Assembly (NCBI GenBank): GCA_964057225.1
Contig: OZ059895.1
Span: 13,578,001 to 13,642,000 of the forward strand
Direction of reading: 5' to 3'
DNA length: 64,000 nt
Source of the DNA: Auanema rhodensis
Taxonomy: Eukaryota > Animalia > Nematoda
The notes under the pieces are model-generated. The model made no database searches. It saw only the letters and a list, made by a program, of their open reading frames with translations, and was not told where the DNA came from. The translations under genes were made by a program, and so were the position numbers. Shown one piece after another: positions 44,773-58,700 of the stretch (the stretch's first letter is position 1; each line of letters begins with the position of its first letter).

Positions 44773-46442
44773 TATTTAATAATATCTAAATAGTTGCATG
44801 GCAATATTCTCTAATGGATCTGCGTTCGAGTCATAGTTTTCCTTTAAGGAATGCAAAGATTATTTCTTTATTGATTTTAGTGTATAACTTTGATTTTAAT
44901 CGATTGACACCAGAATGTACTGTGTGTTTTCAATATCTAATCCTAACAAAGCAATGATAGAATGCTTCAATTCCCACCGTTACTTTAATAATTTTTTAAA
45001 CTACATTACTTGCTGCTCTTCATTTTACATTTGGTTTTATGTACCCGTGTAATCAGTATTATAACCAGAGTAAATTGATGGTTGTTAAAGAGCTTATGAT
45101 CCCGATGATTCTTTTTTGAAGCTATTTATTATTCTTAATGTAAGCATCTGAATTACTTTCTTGTACAATTTTATTCAATATCAAAACATTTACATTATCT
45201 TTCATCATCATACATAGTTTCTTGATTCGAAAATATCGTATTCCCCAGAATTTTTAACTAGCAGCTAGTCCATGTACAAAATTAGAGTTTTGATTTAATT
45301 TGCTTTGTTTTTAAAACTTTATCAGCTATACACTTTTCCTCAAATCAATACAAGATCTTGAGGTCTTATTTTGAACAAGACAGTCTCTGTTTCACTTGCC
45401 AAATACACTACCATTACTTCAATTCCAACCCCAAATATACCTGAATGGTTTCCGTTGTATATAGCCATACCTCGTGTACATAGAAGGCTAGTATAAATTT
45501 GCATGTGCTTATTCTATTTTTGATCAAAATCTTTTCATGAGATATTTTCTCCCTACTACCCATTCATCATTTCTTGACTCCATATTGTGTCTTTTGTAGA
45601 AAAGTCAATAGCTATGAAGGCTATTCACATTATGCTTCATAACGATAATTACTTCATCTTATTTTAAAAACCCGTATGATTATCTAATGCTTAAGAAGCA
45701 ATGCTTATCGAGGCACAGAAAGTAGTGACTTTCGTGAATCGAATTGTTACCTATCTGGCATCGATAATTATTGGCCGTTACACTATTGCACTAAATACTC
45801 TGTGATCATGGACTTCAGGATCCTGTCTTAAAGACCTCACCTACTTCCTGAACCATTTAGCAATTGCTGTTTCTCTCGTGTATTCTATTTTTACTACAAA
45901 GCTTATTTGTTTGACAAATCGTGTAGAATAAATCTTAATAATTATTTATGATACTTTGCTTTGCATTTCATATTATTAGGAAAGGAAATTTTGATAAAAT
46001 TTTAAAAATTATAGCTTAAGTATAATATAATTATATAAGTTGAAAATTGATATATATTGATGTAAAATCATCAAATAAAACATGTTTTAAGGCATTCGAT
46101 GGTTAAAAAAAATTTTTTTTGAAACTATTTATTTTATTTTCTATTTATACATTGGTAAATTTTAGAACACATTTTTGAGGACTGTTGAGAACACATTGAT
46201 ATTTATGTGCGACATACATTGAATGGCATAAATTTACAATTGAAAAAACAAGTTCGTGTTTACATCCGCTCTCTATTCCAATATTACAATTTTAGTTCTA
46301 CAATAGGATGGAACGATTGAACATCAATGACTAGATAGTGCAAACTCCGTTGTAGCTAATAATGATATAACTCTATGATCTTAGCATTTATAACATAAAA
46401 TGGAATGGACAAGATTTTATCACTCGGAAAAGCTTTACTGTA

Positions 46443-48933
46443 TCAAAATGTGGTTCTTTCTTGAACCAAAGGAAGATTAGTTAATGTTGATTCAGCTGGT
46501 GTAACCATAGAGGATGAAGGATAATAAATTGTTCCCTTACTGATAGAAAAAACAGTAAGAAATAATTGAGCACAGAGCAAAATTAATAGAATTATTTGAA
46601 AAGAGTACAAGAGAATAACACTGAAAATAAAATATATTTAGATTAAGTAAACTGATCTACCTGGGATACGCAACGGGCAAATTGAAAGCTGAGGTAGAGG
46701 TTTGTATTTCTGATTTAACCAGAATAAGAATATCATAAACCACAGAGAGTAGACGGGTCGAATTGAATATGTAATTGCCCAGAGATAGTATGTTTATACT
46801 AAAATAATTCACTAGTCGGATCAGTGACAATAAACATACGATTGAAGTAGACATGAGGCAATCGATAAACCATAATCACGATAAACTGATGAAAAAAAAT
46901 ATATTAAAGAACAGAAAACTATATGCACAGAGATTATAGTTTCACGTAATCCTAATCCATAGAACACAGACGGCTTTGAGTGAATGTTACTTCATAATGA
47001 AGGATATATATATATATATAAATTAGATGTTCTCACCCTAAATTCAAATTTCGAGAAGTAGAATAAGCTGCGAAGAAAAGTACGGTTGCTGACATTAACG
47101 ATGTTCCGATTGCCAATACTGTATTGGTTGATGACTAAAGTTTTAAACCTATTAAGAAAATAACAGCAATAAACTAACTTTCGTGTGATGAAGATTAAAA
47201 GTTATTAAACGACATGTAAAAATCATTGTTAATGTTGGTAATATTATTGCTTCAAAAAATCCAAGAGCTAATAGAACAAGATAAATAGTATACATATTAG
47301 ATCTATAACATTTAAAATTTATTTTATAGATCCAATTGTAAAACATACTTGTAATCCGCTGATGTGTCAATATTAAAATAATATAAATTAAGTTCATAAC
47401 ATACTTCTTCTACTGAGCTGAACCAAAAGAATATTGAAATCATAGAGAAGACAATATGCAATATCTTAAGACACTTAGGCATTTTTTCTAATTTAGTTAA
47501 TTATACTTGAAATGAAAATTTTGCAGATCCAAAAAAAGGCCAAAATGCACAAAGTGCACAGAACAACTGAAATACCGAGGGTAAAAACAATGAGAAGCCT
47601 GATTTCAGTCTCATTATATCCATATCTAAACTATTTACATAAATATTAGTAGAGATAGTAACCTCACTTGTTCGTGTGACTTGGGTTTCGTCTAATTCTA
47701 GTAGCTCTTCATCTCTTGATGTCCATAGACCATCCTGTGTTATAACATTTCAAAATTGAACCGGGGGCATCAAAAACTTACTGAATAAAATTTGTGACAA
47801 CGCAGTATGGATACTACTATAAGACCTATTGCACAAGATAATTGTACTAACGCTAATAGGCCGAAGGCCCAGAATCGACAGGACATTCGATTATCGAATT
47901 TTCTTGAAAAAAAAAATGTCACAAACTAAAACAACTGTGCAACCTTGCAAGTCCGGGCTCAAGGGTGGCATTTTCAAACTGCTGTGCGGATTCATTAGAA
48001 ATTATTGGACGGCTAGAAGTATGGGAAGGAGTTTCTGGTTCATCCAGAAACCGAAATTCGTCATAGATCTGAACCAGGTAAGTTACAAAGAATAAAAAAG
48101 TCTTATATACCGTTTCTAGGGCATTTTCGCCGAAAGTGTCGAAACGCTTTCCATTGATGTTTCTTCCTTTTTCAGGGTTATGAAAACATAAATTGAATTA
48201 AAAAAAAGTTTTTAAAAGAAACGACAAAGAATTATTTTGCATATAAATCCTTTCAAAAAGCTCTTAGAGATGTCATTACGTCTTAATAATCTCACAAATA
48301 ACATAACATACAAAATCTTCACTCTTATGTCTTCAATATTTAACAAAACTATTAAAATTGCTTTTATCATAAGATATAATCTTTCAAATTCAAAGGATAA
48401 TTTGGTATCTTATGAAATAAGAAAAGGTATATATAATATATAAATAATAGGAAGTCTGGTTGGGGATAGGCTAATCACACAGTTCATCTTTCTCCTATTT
48501 GTGTTTTAATTGGCATACGGTCCTCTCGATGGGGGTACAGTGAATATTTTAAAACGATTATCGAATGCTCATATTATGAAAAAAAGGCTTTCAAAGAAAA
48601 AGGAATCCAGTTCTTCTCCTTTTTACAAAAATAAATTAATAAATACCTGATTGTATCTATCGATTAAGCGAGAATTAGGAGTTATTGAAACACTATCACC
48701 CTGTCTTGGACCATGCAGCAAAGATGGCTTTTGTTTCGTATATCTTACCTGAAGAAATCAGTAATGAATTAATATTTTCATTTTCTAGACAATTATTTCA
48801 GAATATTTATTACCGTTGGTGAAACTTTTTTGACTTGATTTTCTTCCAGCGATGAGAATGACAGGGCCGATATGTGGTTGCTTTGACCTGGCACTAAACT
48901 ATGTTGATTAAATTCCCATTGATCGTTTGGCAT
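46443..48933 (-). CDS. Uncharacterised multipass membrane protein (about 8 TM); 5' end uncertain (ATG 48154 or 48933)
   Basis: Continuous spliced frame from MESVSTLSAK to LPLVQERTTF* with about eight hydrophobic segments. Two upstream exon-like ORFs (MPNDQW..., VRYTKQ...) could join in phase 0 through a weak AAG acceptor. Confidence 0.65.
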
Positions 48934-50283
48934 TCCCTAAAAAGAAGAAGAAACTCTTTCAACGTGGAATATTTTTAAATAATATATATGTAGAATATAA
49001 TTAGCTTAGATAATGATAGTGCTTAAGACTAAAAAATACCATTACAACTATATGGAATTACGATATAATTTGAAAAAAACGAAAGGAAACGTTGGTTTAA
49101 GATTACCAACTTAAGAATAATTCTAGATTGATATAAACCAGCACTTCAGTAAGGAAAAAGATAAAGATGAAGATGAGTATTTAAAGCTTTATTATATAGA
49201 AACGAAAATGAGAAGAAAAAGGAGTTGTTGAAGAGGGGAATCGATTCCATAACTGGATCATCTTCTATTCACACCTATGTGCACGGAGGATTGGGCAGTT
49301 CACAGACATCACCCCTCCTTCTCTCTATGTCCTCTTCCTTTCTTCTTTCTTTTCACTTTGAAATATTGAAGTGCTTTAGAATCAACTAAAACTTGGATGG
49401 AATACATGTGTTTGTCTTTATACTATACAGTTCCGACAATAACGTATGTTTGCGATTGAAATAATTGAACAGATCAATTTATCGCTACAAAAAATATTCA
49501 AGTAAAATTATATAAAGACATTTAAATATTTTTAAATAAAAAGTATTGTAATTTTTCTTGATAACAGGAAGGAAATCAATAAGAAATAGAAGAGATCCAT
49601 GATTTACGTTTGTTCTATATGACAGAAAAGTTAACTCAGATTCAAAACGATATTATTCTCAATTCAATATTGGTGTGTCAAACAACTGGAATGACTTAGC
49701 TGGCCGAATCATCGTTGTCCGTCATGACAAAAGAGGATTAGTAAGTACAAATCGTGCAGAATAACCATCAATTTCCATAAATGACAACAGGCATAGATGC
49801 TAAACCGCACAACGCTTTGATCAAAAGATGTCGAATGAGAAAGTTAGGAGATTTATAAAACAATGTTTAAAGATAAATATTTTAAAAGTTAACAGCGGGA
49901 TATAAATTTATTAATGAACAATTAAGTGCGTTATTATGAAATACAAAATAGAGCGTCTCTTTCAATATTAAGAGATCAGATGTAAACCGTTTTCAATTAA
50001 CATGCTCACAACAATGTGATCCTTACATATACATTGTTAGCATAAAGATATGAAAGATAACAAAAAATTTACAAGCTCAGCTTGAAAAAGACATACAAGT
50101 TTAAAATTAGTCCAAAAAGATAAAAATTTAAAATATAGTTCAATAAAAACCCCAAACAAATATGAACAAAGGTTTGCTTGACAGCATACCATAATTAAAT
50201 TCCATCAAGGTTGCACAGTAATAACACCTGGAAACAGCAATAGTTGTATAGCCCAATGTCGAAAGTAAACTGCTCAGAGAGAG

Positions 50284-53200
50284 TCAATCTTCAATTTCCA
50301 TCGAGAATGGTCCCAAATCCTCATTATCATCATCGAGAAATTTGAGCAATTCCGCTACTTCACCATCGTCATCAGTATAAATATTATCGTCTTTGGTAGA
50401 TTCGAAATTTGTGTTCATGGCAACATCCTGGACCCCATAAGCAACATCAAGGTTATCAATGAAATAATCATCCAAAGCTGTTCGATTGGTTATAACATCT
50501 TTTCGAAGAGGCAAAGAATCTGTTCGCCTACTGGTGGCTGAACTGGCTGTCGGTATTTTAGGAACAACCCGATCACTTATATGTTTATTGCATGCTTCTC
50601 TCCTTTCGAAATTACCCTTGCCATATAACTCATTGAGCGATGTGCTTGTTTCATTCGGCTTGTCTTTCAACTCACCATCTGAATCTGAAAAAAAATAAAT
50701 AAACGACGATTCATGGTACAAAAAAATACCATATTTTTCATCTAAAGTAGTCCGATGAAGCCTACATTTCCCATCCCAAACTACGACATCGACAGCTACT
50801 ACAGGTCTTCTACAAGTTAATAGAAAATAGTGATTTGAAAAAGTAATAATCTGAAAACCTGCAGCACGTATGAGTACAGAAAGAAAACAATCGCTGGCTA
50901 ACACTGTATAGAACATGATTATTACAATGGTTAGCATACGGTAAACATTTCTTGTTGCATCTAAAACATATTTGATATAAGTTCCTTATGTTTGATACTA
51001 ACCTAATATTATTTTCGATGTGATGGCATTTTCTCAAATCATCAAAACTCAATTGCGGATCAACATATACATCTTCTAACTTTCCCATTCTAGCTTGTAC
51101 TTTTTTAGGAACATTCGAATCATTCACTTCGTTACACAATGTTGTAACTTTGCCCATTAAATTTGCCAATTTTTCCTATGAGCATTTTATAAAAGCATAA
51201 AAAATAATTTAATATTTACATATGAGTATTGATATATTTTCCTCTTTCTATCCGACTTCGATAGTAGATTTTTCTTACATTCATCTAAAATACTGGTAAT
51301 ATCCCCCATCTGTCGTCTTTAGTAAACTGACCGGAATTACAATCCAGAACAAGAATACATTCTTCAATTGAAGGTTCCTTATCTACGATATCTACAAGAA
51401 AATGAGAATTTAAATTTCTACATTACTTATGAACAACCTTCACTCAAAGATACACCTTGTGCCATATACTCATACTGGAAAATAAAAATCATGTAAATGG
51501 GACCAGGACACATATGAAATTTTATTCTAAACTTACCTCATACTCGTTTTTGAAGTTTTCACAATCGGAATAATTCTAAATAAATTATATATAGTATTCT
51601 GTTCTCTATCTGAACTTACATATTTTACTACATTGTTTTGAACTTTTTCAATGATGTCAGGTGAGATCAAACTTTTGCCATCACGCATTCGTTGCGCAAT
51701 TTCAGCGCCCACAGAAAATTCAATTGACAATTGAGAAACTGTTGTTATTTCCTTCTGAATATAAATATTAGATTAGTAAAATTGAGCATAGTACCAAAAT
51801 TCGTCCTATTTTCGTCATCAACGTAGGAACTCGTTTAACTCTTTTTCTTTTCAGTTTCCGTTCCTCAGGAGATCTTTTTTTCATTGGCTTGGATAATAAA
51901 GATTCTATGTTCTTGTCTTTAGAAACACGCACCATTTCAGGTTTCACTAAAGTGCCACTGATTACATATCAAGAAAAAAAAAACATACGTTTTTCGGTCA
52001 TTTTCACCAAAACGCAGTCTGAATAATTCATACTTGGGATCTGCTCTTTTACAACTTGGTGCTCAATGGGTAAGCAATTCAATAGGGGGGATGTTGGCCT
52101 ACTGTATTTAGTCTTAGAACTAGTATTATTAGATTCGTTTAAGGTAAAAGAAACGTTATTCGGTAATTGGATCACCGGGAATCTTTTTAATTCTTCAGAA
52201 CTTTGAGATGCATTTTTCGAATCTATGTTGTCCTGAAAAATAATATATACCATTGATATCATGATATAAATAACCATAGCACAAGTAGCCCGAACATTAG
52301 TAGCTTCTTTTGATCTAGCTTGAATGGAGCGCCGTGCTGCTAAACGAACTTCTTCAATGATTGAATCAATTGTGGAAAGATTTCTATCTAAAGCTCGAAA
52401 AAACTATTAAGACTCTCAAAAATTAATGTACCTGGCGTACAAGGGGTGATGAGCAAATCACTGGTCTTTTGAACATTATGCGCTACTTTTCCATCAGGAA
52501 TTAAATGTGTGGGAACTGTTTCTTTCACGGATTCACGTCTCGAGTCCGATGTTTTTGTTTGAATATCAACATTGTTGCCATGGATTAAAGGTATTTTGTT
52601 TTGAACAAATGATACAGGCCGCAATGATGTTTTAGAATTTCGAATAAATTCATTACTTGACGCTGTTTGATGAGTAACAGCTTGTTCAGAAGATAAAACT
52701 CTCGAAACTTCAAAAACTGGCCTAAATATATGAAAAATGCTTGACAATATATACAATATAGAACCTCTTCGATTCAGACGGACTGCAATATGAATTCTGC
52801 CCAAACGATGGTAGTTGCGGAATTTGAATCGGCGGAAGAGGTGGTTCAGAAAGAGTGGTTTTGAGCATAGATACAGGCGTAGGAGTAGGAGGTGAGTTGC
52901 TGAATACTATTTTTTAAAGCAATATTCATGTTTACACTACTTTGAAGGCATATACACTGCTGTTACTACGCCACTTTTTAAAAGATTTGGTTGAGACGTA
53001 TGATCCTCATTTTCCGTAGTATTTTGCTTCTTCTTTTTAACGTCCTACAAATGATATTTATCAAAACTGCTATAACACTCGCTCATATTATACCTTCATA
53101 CCATACATAATCAAATGCGTGCTGCAAAAGACTTCTCCGGTGTCATTTCTTATGGCATTAGTGCAACGAGTGGTTGCAGATTTTTTGTCTAAAATCGCTC

Positions 53201-54192
53201 AGTTTATTAAGATTTAAAATTGTGAAAGTTAGAGAAAAAGAAAAAGCATACTCCGTGGTCTACAAAGATGCTCGCATTGAATATAAGGCGCAGTGGGATC
53301 AGTGAGAATATGCCGAATGCAAAATTTGTAACATAAAATAGCTCTCTGTTTGCACTGAAAAGCTGGTTAATCATAAGAAAAAAACAGCAATGCCTACGTT
53401 CGAGTTAGTTCTCTGATCTAAAAACTCGCAAACCGTTGAGGATGTATGCGGTTTTTCCCTCTCAGGTTTGGGCTTATCTCGAATAGGCATGTTAGCCTCG
53501 GCCTCTGCTTGCCGTTTGGCGGTATCACTTAATATCTGAGACAAAACAAATTTAAAAAAAAGAAAGAAAATAAAATACTTTTTGTTTAATTGTTTCCACA
53601 AGCTCAGAAGATGCTTCATCTTCCTCCACTTTGGTTATTTTTCTCGGACGTTCCTGCCATAATCGTTTAACAGGAAACAAAACCGGCCCTATAAAATGAC
53701 ATATGGGAATAATAATTATATATATATTTTTTACCTGAACTACTAGATGTTGAAGGAATCTTCGAACAATTTGAATATGGCATATTAGTTTTAGGAACAG
53801 AGGAATATTTTGCTGGAAGCGGGATAACAGAAATCTTCTTATTTGAAAGTGAGGATGCAGGTACTCGATGATATGTAGTAAAAGATCCCGCAAGTCGAGT
53901 ATCAGAGAGTATCCTTATCTGAAATAATTATAGTATTCAATAACTAGTCACCTTAGTACACTTACATCACTATCTGCTCTAAGTTTTTGATTAGAAATCT
54001 CGGATTTTTCGCCACGAAAAACCATTTTAGTTTCGAAAACCACAGGCCGACTAAATTCCTCAACTGGTTTCTCTTTATTGACCATTTTATCTACAACGTT
54101 GATGCCCCTAAACAAAGCGATTGAAATAAGAAAATAAATTGAACAAACTTTTCACAACTCATGGTATCTGATGTTGACGCTGCATCGGACAT
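50284..54192 (-). CDS. KANSL2/INO80D-like protein with two zf-C3Hc3H domains (sumv-1-like)
   Basis: Domain 1 [27 protein letters not shown]...CTNAI...FCSTH. Domain 2 [28 protein letters not shown]...GKCRLH. Low-complexity linker and acidic tail. Confidence 0.75.
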
Positions 54193-54341
54193 ACTAAAAT
54201 ATAATACTAAGTTTGAAATATATATGGAACAAAAAGCTCAGATATGAGAACGCTCAACATTAAAAATTAATAAAAATTGATTAAATGTAAATAACTGTTC
54301 AACAAAAAAAGAATAACAATTGATATTGCATAACAAAGTAA

Positions 54342-55492
54342 TCAGTATTCGTCTAATTCTTCAGGATATCTATCTTTTACCTGTAAAATACAAATAAGCT
54401 AATATTACTATAACACGCTACCTCCAAATCTTCTCCGTATTGAATAGTTGTATCAATCACAAGTAATAACTGCTCTATGCTCTCGTCATCATCACAGTTT
54501 AATGGAACAAACTTTACGATAGAATAATCTTCCAGAACCTGAACAATTTGTATATACTCAGAACATATTAGTTATCTACTGAAACGCACCTGTGCTATTG
54601 TTCTTGTTAACATACGATGGCGTTCATTCCATGTATGACTGGTGTCACTGTCAACAATACTTCGAGTATCCGTTTCAAGAAAGTCTTCGACCTTAAAAAA
54701 TTATATAGTAAAGTCGAACATAATTATCACTAACCAACTGCTTGTTCCTTTCAGACAATAAATCCATTTTTGTCAGAACGTTAACTGCGGGGGTTTCTAC
54801 GGCAACCATGGCGGACAATGCCGTCAAAGCTCCCGCAATAAATCTGCAAATCAGTTGATTTATTCAATTATTGAATATTTTTTACTTCTCTGCTTCCAAA
54901 ACAAAATGAGTATCAATAAGAAAAACAGTGCAGACATTAAAATCCCACGATCTAAAACATAATAAGGAAAAAGGAAAACAGAAGGATGTTGTACTTAAGA
55001 TTATCTACGATGGTTCGCATAACCGGCAAATGTGAATATAGCTCAATCTGACCAGGACAATCGAAAATAAAATACTCATCTTCACCCTCATTTATTGCAT
55101 CGTGCAGCCAATCCATATTCTGTGTTAAATATCTAAGAAGAGTTATAACTGCTAAATGCAAGCTTACTCCATACAAAATACTAAAGCTCCATTTGGGCCC
55201 ATAACAAGTTCAGAATCCTCCAAAACATCATCCACACTGATTAGATCTCTGACATCTGCGAATAAATGTACAAACTTCAAACCAAACGTAACGTACCAAC
55301 AAGAGTAGGGTAATTAAATGCTTCCGCAGCGGGATCTAAATTGACAAAATGAACTGTACGTCCAATATTCACACAATGCTGATGAATAACAGAGCAATAG
55401 GTAGACTACAAAAATAATTATAACATATTAATCACAAAGCGAAATACCTTTCCACTACCAGCAGGCCCCATAATGAGCTGAGCATACTTCAT
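54342..55492 (-). CDS. GPN3: GPN-loop GTPase 3
   Basis: [50 protein letters not shown] and IQYGEDLE. Confidence 0.93.
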
Positions 55493-55788
55493 CTGAAACA
55501 AGAGAAAAACATATGATACGTGCTATAAATTCACTAAACAAAGTATATAAAGAGCTAACATTTAAGACAAAAACGTCAATATCTATTCAATTCGTAAAAG
55601 ATTATACCACATATTATTTATATGAAAAAGCAGTAATTGAGAAGATTTGTTATTGGCAATTTTAACAGTGCAGACTAGTAACAATTAATTGAAATCATTT
55701 TCAACGACCTTCATATATATATATATATATATACTCATAAGTAATGAATTTATATACATCCGATAAAACCCAAAGAGAAATACCGGGA

Positions 55789-58700
55789 CTATCTCATTTT
55801 CTTCATCATATCGTAGAAGTTAGATAGCAAAGATTGCTGATTTGCACAGTACTTCCGGAACTCACACAACATTTGATCTTGAAAATCCTCATCACAAAAA
55901 CTAGAAAACATTGATATATAAATATGCATATGCAGAGAAAATGTAAAAAATACCTAGCAATCCTATATTTATTACTTAACATGTGGTTCCAAGCCCAAAA
56001 GAAAAATGGCTCGGACTGAGTATATTCAAGTGATACAAACATTCCTCCTGTCTTACATAATATTTCATTTAAAAAGCACAGATGAAAAAGAATTCTCTAA
56101 ACCTGATGAATAAAGTGGCGAGAGGGCTGAGCCTTCATCTTAACACGGGGGAAATAATTCCCAGGTGTTGGTGTTGGAGTTGCATCGGGAGTTTCAATTA
56201 CTATCAAATGATTGATTAAATATTACATTTACAACGTACTATTGGGAACATGAGAACTCGTAGATCCTCGACTTGTTGGTGGATGATCCACATGACATGC
56301 CATAGCTGTAAATCCAAAACGGTATAACAGATGCAGTAGAACGTTCTCAAGCTGAAAATCATGGTGAAGGATAAAAATAGATAACATTGAAATAAACATC
56401 AGCCTCAGGAATATCACAGTTTTTAACTGGAATACGTATAGGACATCGAAGGGGATTGGAATGAACATCTTTAGGTAATGCAATAGCGTCTTCCGGAACA
56501 GGAAAAAGTAGGAAATTATTTTGTTTAGCAATCTTAATAAAATATGTTATGCTAAAGAATGTTTTAAAAATACCCGTTGCTGTTCTGTAATAGCCTGAGC
56601 TACGGTTTGACCAGTAGCCATAAACCATTTTACATTCATTTCAAACGTTTTCTCAGTGCAAAAAGCTCGTTCATAACAAATCTAAATATCTGTGAACTGA
56701 AAACAAGTAAATGTCGAAAGAATCATACTCTAGCACGTTCCTGCATTGTTGTTATATCTTTTGGTTGAACAAGGTCGATGTCAATAGCAGAATGTTGGTA
56801 GGGACAAATTTCCATATGGTTACTATTATTTTTATCACAACCTTCGATGAATTCGACACACATCCATCTATAAAAAAAAACTTTAAAATATTCGAGTAAA
56901 ACAAAAAAACCTCAAAAAACAATCATTTCCACTATCTTGACGCAATTTGCTCTCCAAGCCTGAATCTACAACGTACCAAAGCTGGAAACCATATTTAAAT
57001 TCTCCTATATCTCCCGGAATATAATGATCTCCATCGTCGTAATCATCAACATCTATAATAATATCCTTTTAAGAAGTATTATTCAAAAATGCTTACGTGA
57101 TTTCACTATGCGAATTCGATCAGTGGATACTAGATGAGTAACTATGAATTTCACAGCATCTTCCTTTGTCAGAACACCATTAGTATTATCTGTAATACTA
57201 TATTATCTTGACCATGAACAAAAGCTTACGTGTTAGCCAATTCACCAAATGAAATGACACAAACATAGAGCTGGGAGCTCGCAAATCAGACGTCGACGTG
57301 ATGCCGACGAATCCACTTTCCATGAAAGCAGACAATACCTGTAAAGAAAATGAGCATTAAATATATGGAATTGAAAGAATAACCTGATCGGGATGACTAG
57401 TGGATACTAAGAATAAGCTAGGAGCAGTTATTCCTTTACACTTCAGCTCAAGTCTATTAATATGTAATAAAACCCTTATCATGCCTTCATACATGGCTGA
57501 AAAGGTATTAGAATTGAATTATTTCAAAACATTATCTTACTTAGTGTATCTATATTCTCATTCCCACGGAAATTGATTCCAGCGCCTCGCTTGGTATTTC
57601 TTTCAGAAGATAAGTCCACAGACTGAGCAACTAACATGAATCTAAAATAACAAGTTTTGAAAAAAAAAGAGAAAACAGAACCTTGATGAATACGGCTTCA
57701 CTTCTTCTTTAAAAAGAGTTGTATTACGCGGATTTTTAACTCCGCAATCAAACTCAGACCAGTTTAAGCGATCTAACTGGTGAGACTTGAAGCTAGTAGT
57801 ACTTTTTTCATAAACTGCAGCATCAGGAACCTAATAAAACCTCCGCAATAAGAAACAAAAAATAATATACTAACCTGAAAAAAATAAGAATAATGCTGTG
57901 TTTTAGTAGTGCGTAGATAATCAGCACCACCTATTCCTGTTCCAGGTGATTGGGAAATTTCGTATGAATCATATAAAGCATCTGATGATTTTGCTTCACG
58001 AATACGCATATGCTCCATAGAAAAGCAGACATCTTTCGTTGAATTATCAAACTCATAAGTAGATGCTATATCACGAGCAGTAGAATGAGCACACCCGGAA
58101 TCAGGGTTAGCATTTTCTCTTCTATCACTAAAACTTCCAATTTGTCCTCCAGATTGGGATCTGGTAGATAAGCACTTCTTCAACTCAAAATGGGGATAGA
58201 AAACCATAACATGAATATAGGAATTGTATAAAACCAGTCTGTGATATATCTATCAAACAAATATTTAATGAAAAATCATGCGAAAATTACCTTGCTGAAA
58301 GATAAGCACATTTCTTTCACAATTTGTTCATCATTCTTTTCCATTCTACCAATTTTATCAATGGAAGCCTACAAAGAAAAAAAAAGAAGTTATGTGAGAA
58401 GTTTGTGCATCACATGAATATATTTTGAAGGTAACAATACAATTTGATAACCCCTCTGCAATCGTTGGCACACCAATTGCTCAAAAAGCGCCAAACCATA
58501 AGCTTGTTGGTTATTTCCAAATCTCCTACGATCTTCCTGAATATAACAAAAAATATACATACACTCTGCCACCGCTATACTTTAGAAACGTCTTGGTCGA
58601 GATAAACTTGATGCTCATTTACTTTATAATCAACTAAACTACTCCCATCAGGGAAAAAATCAGTTGTTATTGGTAGTAAAGCTGAACGAACAAGCGACTT

